A DNA stretch of 59,676 nucleotides from an uncultured Flavobacteriales bacterium. Its GTDB lineage: Bacteria; Bacteroidota; Bacteroidia; Flavobacteriales_D; CAJJDF01. The position numbers and the translations under genes were made by a program. Where the stretch lies: NCBI GenBank assembly GCA_964021785.1, contig CAXIAX010000005.1, positions 1 to 59,676 on the forward strand. Reading direction: 5' to 3'. This document shows positions 9,072-17,921 of the stretch, piece after piece (positions within the stretch are counted from its first letter, which is position 1; the number at the start of each line of letters is the position of its first letter). Under the pieces are notes generated by a model. The model saw only the letters and a list, made by a program, of their open reading frames with translations. It searched no databases and was not told where the DNA came from.

Positions 9072-10160
9072 ATGTCAAAGAATGAAAATGAAGTAAAAAG
9101 ATTGCTTCAAGAAAGAGTAAAGGAACTAAACTGCTTGTATGAGATTTCTAAGATTTGCCAGAAATTTGATCAAGAGCTAGAGGCTACCTTATTAAAAATA
9201 ATAGAAAACATTCCTCAAGGTTGGCAGTTTGAAAACGAATTGAACGCTTACCTTATTTTTGATGGTAAAACAATTGGAAACAATCCTACCGATAATCAAG
9301 TAATCACAAAAACAGAACTAGTAATAAATGATGTAAAAAGAGGATTTATTGGAATTTATTACGACAATGAGCAGATTGAAATTTTATCTGAAGAGCAATT
9401 ATTATTGAATAAAATTGGTGTAGAAACCTCCAACTACATTGAGCGATTTGAACAGAAAGAACAAGAAAAAGAAGTAAACTCTAAACTGCAACTAACCGAC
9501 AGATTAGCGGTATTGGGTGAATTAACTGCAGGAATTGCCCACGAATTAAATACTCCTTTGGGTAATATTTTGGGATATGCCGAATTGATAAAAAAGACCG
9601 AAAAAGACTTAAAAAACAAGGGAGATGTACAAAAAATCATCACTTCTGCTATAAATGCGAGAGAAATCGTGAAAAAGCTAATGTACTTTTCTTGTGAAAT
9701 GCCACAACAATTTCATTTAACCTCCATCAATGAACAAATAAAAGAGAACATTGGATTATTGGATAAACAGATTCAAGAAAATCAGATATCATTAAAACTA
9801 AATTTATCAGAAAACCTTCCCTTAATTAGGCTAGATAAATTACAATTTTCTCAAATTTTATTCAATCTTACCTTGAATGGAATTAATGCAATGGAACAAA
9901 ACGGGCAAATGGAGATATGCACTTACTTAAAAAACGACTCTTTGGTATTTGCCATAAAAGACAATGGAAAAGGAATTCCTAAAGAAAATTTTACAAAAAT
10001 ATTTCAACCGTTTTTCACCACAAGAACCAATGGAAAAGGAACAGGACTAGGACTTTCTGTAGTTCACGGATTGGTACTAAATCATAGAGCAGAAATATCT
10101 GTAAACTCAAAAATTAACCAAGGAACCGAATTTATTATTAACTTTCCACTTGAATCCTAA
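9072..10160 (+). CDS. Soluble sensor histidine kinase (uncharacterised N-terminal sensor + HisKA + HATPase_c)
   Basis: 362 aa, no TM segment. H-box AGIAHELNTPLGNILGY, N-box LNGINAM, G-boxes DNGKGI and GTGLGLSVV. Confidence 0.9.
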   Translation: MSKNENEVKRLLQERVKELNCLYEISKICQKFDQELEATLLKIIENIPQGWQFENELNAYLIFDGKTIGNNPTDNQVITKTELVINDVKRGFIGIYYDNEQIEILSEEQLLLNKIGVETSNYIERFEQKEQEKEVNSKLQLTDRLAVLGELTAGIAHELNTPLGNILGYAELIKKTEKDLKNKGDVQKIITSAINAREIVKKLMYFSCEMPQQFHLTSINEQIKENIGLLDKQIQENQISLKLNLSENLPLIRLDKLQFSQILFNLTLNGINAMEQNGQMEICTYLKNDSLVFAIKDNGKGIPKENFTKIFQPFFTTRTNGKGTGLGLSVVHGLVLNHRAEISVNSKINQGTEFIINFPLES

Positions 10161-10166
10161 ACAACA

Positions 10167-11489
10167 ATGAACAGCAAACTATCCGTACTATTGGTTGATG
10201 ATTCGCATGATATGCTTGAGCTATTGCGAAGAAACATGAACGAACTGGGGTTAAATCCCTTTGCTACGAGTACCGTGGTAGATGCCATAGAGATTCTAGA
10301 GAACACGCATATTGATTTGGTAATTACAGATTTGAATATGCCAGAAATTGGCGGAATGCAACTTGTAAAATACATTGGTCAACATTTTACTCAAGTACCC
10401 GTATTGGTTATTACGGGCTACCCCAATGTGCAAGATGCTGTAGAGGTAATAAAACTTGGAGCTCTTGAATACCTTACAAAACCATTTACTTTTGATGAGC
10501 TGCAAGGAGCTATAAATTCTATTTTATCGGTAAAAGATAAATTGAAAAACCCCGAAGACGACAAACAAATAATTGAATCATTTCATGGAATAATAGGAAA
10601 ATCTACTCCTATGCAGAAACTATTTGCAACCATAGAAAAAACTAAAAATAACAAAGCAACTGTTCTCGTTTCTGGTGAAAGTGGAACAGGAAAAGAAATG
10701 GTAGCAAGAGCAATTCATTACAACAGCAATTTTTCCTCTGCCCCTTTTGTGCCAGTAAACTGTGGTGCAATTCCCGAGCAACTATTAGAAAGTGAATTAT
10801 TTGGCCATGTAAAAGGAGCATTTACAGGAGCTACCACCAACAGAGTTGGATTTTTTCAGGCAGCAGACGGAGGAACTTTATTTTTAGATGAAATTACAAA
10901 TGCCTCCATGGCTGTACAGGCAAAATTGCTTAGAGCGATTCAAGAAAAGGAAGTAACCATGCTTGGGAGTACAAAATCTCAAAAAGTAGATGTGAGAATT
11001 ATAACTGCAACCAATTCCAACATTGAAGAAATGATTGCAAACAAAACATTTAGAGAAGATTTATATTACAGATTAAATGTAATCTCTATAAATATTCCAC
11101 CACTTAGAGACCGAAAAAAAGACATTAATTTACTGATAGATAGCTTCAATCAAAAATTCAGTAAAGAGGCAAATAAAAAAGCTATCAAAATTCCTAAGCC
11201 AATAAAAAACATCTTATCAGAATATACTTGGCCTGGAAACATACGAGAATTAGAAAATTTCATCCACAGATTAGTCATTATGAATGATAAATCGGTAGAG
11301 ATTGACGACTTACCAAACTACATGAAAGTGGCTGCACCTTCATCTGTTGAGACTAAATTAATTTCGCTAAGCGAAATGGAATTAATTCACATCAAAAAAG
11401 TATTATTGGCTACCAATAATAACAAAACTAAGGCTGCAGAAATTTTAGGAATTGACCGTAAAACCTTACGAGAAAAACTAAAAGAATAA
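10167..11489 (+). CDS. Sigma-54-dependent response regulator (NtrC class enhancer-binding protein)
   Basis: 440 aa. Receiver domain (DLVITDLNMP), AAA+ domain with Walker A GESGTGKE and the sigma-54 contact loop GAFTGA, C-terminal Fis-type HTH (NKTKAAEILGIDRKTL). Confidence 0.93.
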   Translation: MNSKLSVLLVDDSHDMLELLRRNMNELGLNPFATSTVVDAIEILENTHIDLVITDLNMPEIGGMQLVKYIGQHFTQVPVLVITGYPNVQDAVEVIKLGALEYLTKPFTFDELQGAINSILSVKDKLKNPEDDKQIIESFHGIIGKSTPMQKLFATIEKTKNNKATVLVSGESGTGKEMVARAIHYNSNFSSAPFVPVNCGAIPEQLLESELFGHVKGAFTGATTNRVGFFQAADGGTLFLDEITNASMAVQAKLLRAIQEKEVTMLGSTKSQKVDVRIITATNSNIEEMIANKTFREDLYYRLNVISINIPPLRDRKKDINLLIDSFNQKFSKEANKKAIKIPKPIKNILSEYTWPGNIRELENFIHRLVIMNDKSVEIDDLPNYMKVAAPSSVETKLISLSEMELIHIKKVLLATNNNKTKAAEILGIDRKTLREKLKE

Positions 11490-11646
11490 CCGATACTTTT
11501 CTCCCCAAGCGGGGAAATATTACCCGATTTTTTATTGATTTTTTAATCCGCAATTATTGTGTTGCTTTTGCATGCCACAAAGCTTCACATTAACTATCAG
11601 TGGTTTACACTGTAATTATATCCTCGTAAAATATTTTATTTTCAAT

Positions 11647-11662
11647 TGGCACATCAATTGGA
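11647..11662 (+). promoter_or_regulatory. Candidate sigma-54 (-24/-12) promoter
   Basis: TGGCAC-ATCAA-TTGGA versus the consensus TGGCAC-N5-TTGCW. Spacing is correct with one mismatch at -12. It ends 25 nt before the ATG at 11687 and lies immediately downstream of an NtrC-class activator gene. Confidence 0.5.
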
Positions 11663-11686
11663 TAAGGTAGATCAAACGAATGTGAT

Positions 11687-11959
11687 ATGAACACTAAAAC
11701 CGCTACAATGAACAACACCAGATCACTCTGTCAGAACTGTGATTATACAGGCTCTTGTATTCAAGAGTTAACCTCGCAAGAACCTATTGCGTATTGTGGC
11801 GAATTTCATACAACAAGACTAGTAGAACCTGAAGATTTTACAATTAGTGCAAACGACAACAAAAACTATATGGGACTTTGCTCTACTTGTGACTTTATAA
11901 AATATTGCACATTAAGAAGCGATAAACAAATAACAATAAACTGTGAACATTATCAATAA
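11687..11959 (+). CDS. Small cysteine-rich protein with duplicated C-x2-C-x5-C-x11/12-C motif (putative metal or Fe-S binding)
   Basis: 90 aa. Cys residues at positions 15, 18, 24, 37 and 65, 68, 74, 86 form two internally similar halves (LCQNCDY...CGEFH and LCSTCDF...CEHY). First ORF after the -24/-12 motif and 13 nt upstream of gdh. Alternative start at Met8 (11708). Confidence 0.6.
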   Translation: MNTKTATMNNTRSLCQNCDYTGSCIQELTSQEPIAYCGEFHTTRLVEPEDFTISANDNKNYMGLCSTCDFIKYCTLRSDKQITINCEHYQ

Positions 11960-11972
11960 CTAAACCATAAAC

Positions 11973-13262
11973 ATGGAAATGGAAACACCAACAATAAAAA
12001 AGCAAAAAACAGGCATGTATGAAAATGTTATGAAACAATTTAATACGGCTGCGGACAAAATGAACTTACAGCAAGGTATAAGAAAAATACTTTCTGCAAC
12101 AAACAATGAGATTGTTGTTCATTTCCCGGTAAAACTAGACAATGGTCAAATCGAAGTATTTACAGGCTATAGAGTTCAACACAACAATGCGCTAGGACCT
12201 TACAAAGGAGGATTGAGATTTCACCCAACTGTAGATATTGATGCTGCAAGAGCATTAGCTATTTGGATGACTTGGAAATCTGCTTTGGCTGGATTGCCAT
12301 ACGGAGGTGGAAAAGGAGGAATTCAAATTGATCCTAATAAATATTCTCAAACCGAATTAGAAAGAATCACAAGAAGATTCACTTACGCTTTGGGAGATAA
12401 CATTGGTCCAGATTTAGATATTCCTGCTCCAGATGTGAATACAAATTCACAAATTATGGCTTGGATATCGGATACTTATGTTTCTACAAAATCTCCTGCC
12501 GACAGACAAATAAACTTACACGTAGTAACAGGAAAACCAGTAGGATCTGGAGGACTAGAAGGAAGAGACAGAGCTACAGGATTTGGTGTAGTTGCTACAA
12601 TTAAAGCTTGGGCAAAATTAAAAGAAAAAGAACTTAAAGGTAAAAAATACATTGTACAAGGTTTTGGAAATGTAGGTTACTGGGCCTCTCACTTTATGAA
12701 TATTGAAGGAGCAACATTAATTGGTGTTCAAGATGCAAGCGGAACAATTTACAACCAAGATGGAATTGACCCAGAAAAACTAAACGAATATTGCGAAGCA
12801 AATAACGGAAGAATTGCTGGATTCCCTGATGTGGTAGATGCAGACCCTGCTTACTTTTTTGGGATAGATTGCGACATTATTATTCCTGCTGCATTAGGTA
12901 ATCAAATTACAATGGCAAATGCACATGATATTAAAGCAAAGTTGATTGCAGAAGGAGCAAACGGACCAACTGATGTAGAAGCTGAAAAAGTATTATTGGA
13001 AAAAGGAATAGAAATCATTCCTGATATCCTTTGTAACTCTGGAGGTGTGATTGGTAGTTACTACGAATGGTTGCAAAACAAAAGAGCTGAAAACTGGAAA
13101 ATTGAAGCGGTACTTTCTATGATAGAAGACAAAATAGAAGTGGCTTTCAACAAAACTGTAGACAGTGCAATTAAATTTGACACAGACTGGAGAACAAGTG
13201 CTTATTGTGTAGCATTAAAAAGATTGGAACAAACTTATATCGAAAGAGGAGTATTCCCATAA
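11973..13262 (+). CDS. gdh: Glutamate dehydrogenase (hexameric ~47 kDa type)
   Basis: 429 aa. Canonical GPYKGGLRFHP and LPYGGGKGGI motifs, Rossmann GFGNVG. Confidence 0.92.
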   Translation: MEMETPTIKKQKTGMYENVMKQFNTAADKMNLQQGIRKILSATNNEIVVHFPVKLDNGQIEVFTGYRVQHNNALGPYKGGLRFHPTVDIDAARALAIWMTWKSALAGLPYGGGKGGIQIDPNKYSQTELERITRRFTYALGDNIGPDLDIPAPDVNTNSQIMAWISDTYVSTKSPADRQINLHVVTGKPVGSGGLEGRDRATGFGVVATIKAWAKLKEKELKGKKYIVQGFGNVGYWASHFMNIEGATLIGVQDASGTIYNQDGIDPEKLNEYCEANNGRIAGFPDVVDADPAYFFGIDCDIIIPAALGNQITMANAHDIKAKLIAEGANGPTDVEAEKVLLEKGIEIIPDILCNSGGVIGSYYEWLQNKRAENWKIEAVLSMIEDKIEVAFNKTVDSAIKFDTDWRTSAYCVALKRLEQTYIERGVFP

Positions 13263-13275
13263 TTAAAACTCAATA

Positions 13276-14394
13276 ATGAAAAAAATAGGTTTATTAAGAG
13301 ATCATAAAAAAAGTAAAATTGCGGTTCTTTCTCCGGATAACATAAAGCAGCTTAAAGACCAAGCTAGTTTCTATGTTGAGTCAAACTCGGGAAAGCACGC
13401 AGGCTTTACTAATGAAAACTATGAAGCTGCGGGAGCGAAAATAGTAGACACACGACAAGAAGTTATCGATATTGCTGATTTGCTTTTAACTTACAGTACA
13501 ATTCTAGATGATGAACAGATTCATACCTCAAAGACATTTATAGGTGTGTATGATGTGCTGGGCGATTTCGGTACTTTGATTCCTTTTCAAAAGGAAGGAG
13601 TTAATCTCTATAGTCTAAATCTACTACCAAGAACAACCATTGCTCAATCCATGGATGTTATGTCTTCTGCAGCTTCTATTTTAGGATACAAGGCTGTATT
13701 AAAAGCAGCTTCTCTTAGTACCTCAACTATACCTATGATTACTGGAGCTGGTGGCACATTGCGACCAGCAAAAGTATTAATTCTTGGAGCTGGTGTTGCT
13801 GGGCTTCAAGCCATTGCCACTGCAAAAAGACTAGGTGCGATTGTAAGAGCATTTGATGTGAGGGCCGTAGCCAAAACTGATGTAGAAAGTTTGGGGGCGC
13901 AATTTGTAAACATTGAAGGAGCAACAGACAATAGCAATGCAGGAGGATATGCCGTAGAGCAAACTGCTGATTATCTAAATAAAGTAGACCAAATACTATA
14001 TGATGAATGCATACAAGCAGACATTATTATCTGTACTGCCAGAATCCCCGGCAAAAAAGCTCCACTCCTAGTGAGTGAAAAAGCTTTACATAAAATGAAA
14101 CCTGGAGCTGTAATTGTTGATTTAGCAACAGACTCTGGAGGAAATTGTGCGTGGAGTAAAAAAGGAAAAACTATTGTAACCGACAATCAAATCACAATTG
14201 TGGGCGACACTAATTTATTAGCAAAAAGTTCAAAATCGGCTTCTTTTTTATTGGCCAATAATTTCACCTCATTTTTAAAACACTTTTTGAAAAACTCAGA
14301 AAATGAAGAGGACGAAATCTTAAGAGCAACAAAAATTCTTACCAATGGTCAAGTGACCAACGAAAGAATTCTTGCCGAAATAGATGAAATTTAA
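13276..14394 (+). CDS. pntAA: NAD(P) transhydrogenase subunit alpha part 1 (dI)
   Basis: 372 aa. AlaDH/PNT fold (RTTIAQSMDVMSSAASILGYKAV, LILGAGVAGLQAIATAKRLGA). Confidence 0.9.
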   Translation: MKKIGLLRDHKKSKIAVLSPDNIKQLKDQASFYVESNSGKHAGFTNENYEAAGAKIVDTRQEVIDIADLLLTYSTILDDEQIHTSKTFIGVYDVLGDFGTLIPFQKEGVNLYSLNLLPRTTIAQSMDVMSSAASILGYKAVLKAASLSTSTIPMITGAGGTLRPAKVLILGAGVAGLQAIATAKRLGAIVRAFDVRAVAKTDVESLGAQFVNIEGATDNSNAGGYAVEQTADYLNKVDQILYDECIQADIIICTARIPGKKAPLLVSEKALHKMKPGAVIVDLATDSGGNCAWSKKGKTIVTDNQITIVGDTNLLAKSSKSASFLLANNFTSFLKHFLKNSENEEDEILRATKILTNGQVTNERILAEIDEI

Positions 14395-14407
14395 CTCAAT
14401 CAAAAAA

Positions 14408-14719
14408 ATGACTCAATATTTTATATCAAACATAGACGGAATTTATATAATCGTCTTTAGTCTTCTTATTGGAATTGAAGTAATAAAAAACATACCTGCC
14501 ATATTGCATACTCCCTTAATGTCTGGAGCAAATGCAATAAGCGGAATTATCCTTATTGGAGCAATTATTCAATTGCTATCTGTCCCTTCGGATTCGTATA
14601 CCGAAATGGGATTAGCAACATTAGCCATAATCATGGCAACAATAAATATTGCTGGAGGATTTTTCGTAACCCACAGGATGTTATCCATGTTTTCATCCAA
14701 TAAAAAATCAAAAAAATAA
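14408..14719 (+). CDS. pntAB: NAD(P) transhydrogenase subunit alpha part 2 (membrane dII-a)
   Basis: About 100-aa, 3-TM protein located between pntAA and pntB. The ORF is open from 14384, but Met at 14408 avoids overlap with pntAA. Confidence 0.85.
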   Translation: MTQYFISNIDGIYIIVFSLLIGIEVIKNIPAILHTPLMSGANAISGIILIGAIIQLLSVPSDSYTEMGLATLAIIMATINIAGGFFVTHRMLSMFSSNKKSKK

Positions 14720-16110
14720 TGGATTTAATAATCAATATAGCCTATCTATTGGCATCTGTCGGTTTTATTCTTGGATTAAAACTTATGGGAAATCCTGCCA
14801 AAGCAAAAACAGGAAACTACATAGCGGCACTAGGAATGATAATAGCAGTTGTTGCCACTACCATTCTTATCACAAGCAACTCGCCTAAAATCATCAATGT
14901 TATTTTCTTAATTTCTGGACTAACTGCCGGTACTATTATTGGAAGAATAATGGCCTATAAAGTAGAAATGACAGGAATGCCACAGCTGGTTTCTTTGTTC
15001 AATGCATTAGGTGGAGCGAGTGCAGTAGTCATCAGTATAAACGAAGTAATCATTACCGAAGAACTGAGCACACTCACTGCTTTGGTCTTGGCACTAGGTG
15101 CAATTTTGGGTGCAATTTCTTTTACAGGAAGTATTATCGCCTATTTTAAATTGGCAAACAAACTAAAATTTAAGAATCAAAACGTAATGCTTGCTTTATC
15201 TAGAGCCTTATTGTTTATCATAATTGCGGGTAGCGTTTCTTTCTTTATGTTTCAAAACATTGGTGAGGAATTCATGAGCTTTTTGATAATAATTACAATT
15301 ACATCTTTAGTTTATGGAGTTACGTTTACCTTGCCCATTGGAGGAGCAGACATGCCTGTTTTGGTTTCATTTCTTAATGCAATAACGGGAGTTGCCACTG
15401 CTTTTTCAGGAATCGCTTTTGACAGTCCAATTATGCTTATTGGAGGAATATTGGTAGGTGCTACTGGAATATTCTTAACTATGCAAATGTGTACCGCAAT
15501 GAACCGTTCGCTTATGACTGTGCTAGCAGGTAAAATGAAAAAAGGAGGGTTTACTCAAGATTCGGAGCAAGGAGAAATACAGGTACAACCTATTACTTCT
15601 ATTGAAACAGCTTCGGTTTTGGCATTTTCTAAAAAAATTGCAATAATTCCTGGCTATGGAATGGCAGTAGCACAAGCACAACAAGCTTGTTTTGAACTAC
15701 AAAAAAACCTTGTAAACAAAGGTGCAGAAGTAACATATATTATTCATCCTGTGGCAGGAAGAATGCCCGGACACATGAATGTATTATTGGCCGAAGCTAA
15801 TATTGATTACGATTACATCAAAGACATGGAAGATGTGAATGACGCAATGGAACAATTTGATGCTGCCATAATTATTGGCGCAAATGATGTAGTAAATCCT
15901 GCTGCTGAAACAGATGAAAATAGTGTGATTTACGGAATGCCTATCATTAAAGCTTACCAAGCAAAACAAGTTATTGTAATGAAAAGAGGAATGGCTGCTG
16001 GTTATTCTGGGGCCAGGAATCCATTATTTGAAAGAGGAAATTGCAAACTGCTTTTTGGAGATGCCAAAGACAGCTTATCGCAAATTATTGATGAATTAAA
16101 AAAGATATAA
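14719..16110 (+). CDS. pntB: NAD(P) transhydrogenase subunit beta
   Basis: 463 aa. Polytopic N-terminal half plus dIII domain (PGYGMAVAQAQ, HPVAGRMPGHMNVLLAEA). Its ATG overlaps the pntAB stop (TAATG). Confidence 0.93.
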   Translation: MDLIINIAYLLASVGFILGLKLMGNPAKAKTGNYIAALGMIIAVVATTILITSNSPKIINVIFLISGLTAGTIIGRIMAYKVEMTGMPQLVSLFNALGGASAVVISINEVIITEELSTLTALVLALGAILGAISFTGSIIAYFKLANKLKFKNQNVMLALSRALLFIIIAGSVSFFMFQNIGEEFMSFLIIITITSLVYGVTFTLPIGGADMPVLVSFLNAITGVATAFSGIAFDSPIMLIGGILVGATGIFLTMQMCTAMNRSLMTVLAGKMKKGGFTQDSEQGEIQVQPITSIETASVLAFSKKIAIIPGYGMAVAQAQQACFELQKNLVNKGAEVTYIIHPVAGRMPGHMNVLLAEANIDYDYIKDMEDVNDAMEQFDAAIIIGANDVVNPAAETDENSVIYGMPIIKAYQAKQVIVMKRGMAAGYSGARNPLFERGNCKLLFGDAKDSLSQIIDELKKI

Positions 16111-16111
16111 A

Positions 16112-16510
16112 TTGGAGATTAAAACGAAACCAATAATTCTTACAGAGAAAGAAAAACTAATCTATCAAAATTTAATCGAAACATCTAATTCAGTAGATCC
16201 TGTAATTAGAAAAAGTTACCTACGATTACTAGATGAATTAAAACATGCCACTTACCTACCCGAAGACCAAATACCACCCAAAGTAGCAAGAATAGGCAGT
16301 GTTGTAACTATTGAGACTGCTTTTGGAAGAAAAGACCTACTAGAGCTTGTAATGCCCGAAGAAGGTGACTTGGGTAAAAACAAATTATCTATTATGTCAC
16401 CATTAGGAATTTCACTATTAGGCTATGAAGAAGGTGATACAATATCTTGGGAAATACTAAAAGGAAATGATTTAATCTCATTGATAAAAGTAGAGAACCA
16501 TCATCCATAA
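16112..16510 (+). CDS. rnk: GreA/GreB-family protein, Rnk-like (nucleoside diphosphate kinase regulator type)
   Basis: 132 aa, TTG start 1 nt after the pntB stop. Gre C-terminal domain signature (GSVVTIE...KLSIMSPLGISLLGYEEGDTISW). Confidence 0.75.
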   Translation: MEIKTKPIILTEKEKLIYQNLIETSNSVDPVIRKSYLRLLDELKHATYLPEDQIPPKVARIGSVVTIETAFGRKDLLELVMPEEGDLGKNKLSIMSPLGISLLGYEEGDTISWEILKGNDLISLIKVENHHP

Positions 16511-16546
16511 ATAGTAATAAAACCTGCTAAACTTTGAGTTTAACTC

Positions 16547-16588
16547 AAAAAAAAATCCCTCAAGATTAATTAATCTTGAGGGATTTAC
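16547..16588. terminator. Bidirectional rho-independent terminator between the rnk-like gene and the convergent OmpA-family gene
   Basis: Perfect 15-bp inverted repeat ATCCCTCAAGATTAA/TTAATCTTGAGGGAT (16555-16584). It is preceded by A8, which reads as a T8 tail on the minus strand, and followed by TTT. Confidence 0.75.
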
Positions 16589-16606
16589 TATTTCTAGTCT
16601 TATTGT

Positions 16607-17773
16607 TTATTGCATTTTAAAAACCACTCTTCTATTTTTTGCTTTTGCAACCATTGTTCCTTCACTATCAGACGGATCAGAATCATTCATCACTTCTCTT
16701 TCGAATCTATCTTCGCTAATTCCGTGACTTTTTAAATAGTCTATTACGTTACCAATTCTTCTGTCTGCCAATCCTAAGTGCTCTTCTTTAGATCTTGCTG
16801 CTAAAGCTTCATCTTTAGTTGTATGACCATAAACTGTCAATTTCAAGTCTGGATTTTCAATCATTACCTCAGCCAAGACATCTAAATCATCTTTTGTATT
16901 TGGTAATAAACTAGCTTTTAAGTAAGCAAAATATACCGTAGAGTTGTCAATTTTTTCTTCAACAGTAAATCCTTCTAAAGAAGTATTTGCTTTGCTGTAA
17001 ATAATTCTTTCAACTTCTGATTCTATTACATCATCACAGTTACAAGATTCTCCTTCTTCAATGATTACTACTTTTACATTATCAATGTAGTAATAAGCAA
17101 TTGGCACTTGTGTTCCTTTAAAATCTTTCTTCTTTCTTAGTTTAAGAAATTTAGTATCTGCTGTTTCGTCAAAGTTTCCAATTGTAATAAATGCCTCTCC
17201 TCCTTCTCCTTCATATTCTGCACACATTTTCTCCCAACTGTATCTTTTTTCAAAAACTTTATTGTCTCCTACTTTTACAATTGTTTCTTTCTTCCCAAGA
17301 ACGATATCTTTTTTTCCATCTACTTCAAATGGCTTTTTAGACATATGAGCTCCTAGGTTGTTAACTGCATATTTAGATAAATCTGAAAGACTCACATCAT
17401 AAGAAATACAATATCTTACTCCTTTTTCCAATTTCATATCCAATTCTTTAGAAAGGTATGTTCTTGGAGATTTTCCTCTGTATGAATAAGCTGTTATTCC
17501 TGCATAATTTTCTCCATCAGATGCTGCCTCTTTACCATAAGCATTTGTAGGCACTCCAATTGGTGTTCCTTCTGCTCTTTCTGTAAATAAATCTGCTCTT
17601 AATGAAGTTGGTGAAAACCAATCTTCTGCTTTGTCAAGTTGTTTTAACCTTTTCAGCTTTCCTTTTGTTTCTTCAAAACTTCCGTTTTTTACAAGGTTTT
17701 CATTGTCTTGCGCCATTGATGTTCCTAGTACGGCAAATGAAAGCAATGCTCCAATAATATACTTCTTTTTCAT
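16607..17773 (-). CDS. OmpA-family outer-membrane/peptidoglycan-associated protein
   Basis: 388 aa. Signal peptide, N-terminal beta-rich domain, C-terminal OmpA-like domain (TVYGHT...LADRRIGNV...NRRVVFKM). Confidence 0.85.
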   Translation of the reverse strand: MKKKYIIGALLSFAVLGTSMAQDNENLVKNGSFEETKGKLKRLKQLDKAEDWFSPTSLRADLFTERAEGTPIGVPTNAYGKEAASDGENYAGITAYSYRGKSPRTYLSKELDMKLEKGVRYCISYDVSLSDLSKYAVNNLGAHMSKKPFEVDGKKDIVLGKKETIVKVGDNKVFEKRYSWEKMCAEYEGEGGEAFITIGNFDETADTKFLKLRKKKDFKGTQVPIAYYYIDNVKVVIIEEGESCNCDDVIESEVERIIYSKANTSLEGFTVEEKIDNSTVYFAYLKASLLPNTKDDLDVLAEVMIENPDLKLTVYGHTTKDEALAARSKEEHLGLADRRIGNVIDYLKSHGISEDRFEREVMNDSDPSDSEGTMVAKAKNRRVVFKMQ

Positions 17774-17921
17774 AATTTGTCTTTTATATGTTTAAAAATA
17801 AGAATCTATTTTCAATAATCAATAAATTACATTAATTAAATCCAATTTCCGTTATATATTTTGCAAGTTCAATGCCAAAGATTACAAATAGCTGTCATTA
17901 ACACTTTATTAACAGATTAAA

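Noticed and set aside
11561-11581. Minus-strand TGGCAT-GCAAA-AGCA sigma-54-like motif and an imperfect GCTTT...AAAGC inverted repeat
   Set aside because: The promoter-like reading has -12 spacing off by one and points back into the 3' end of the regulator gene, with nothing to transcribe. The inverted repeat is imperfect. It may be an activator binding site, but I cannot support that from the sequence alone.
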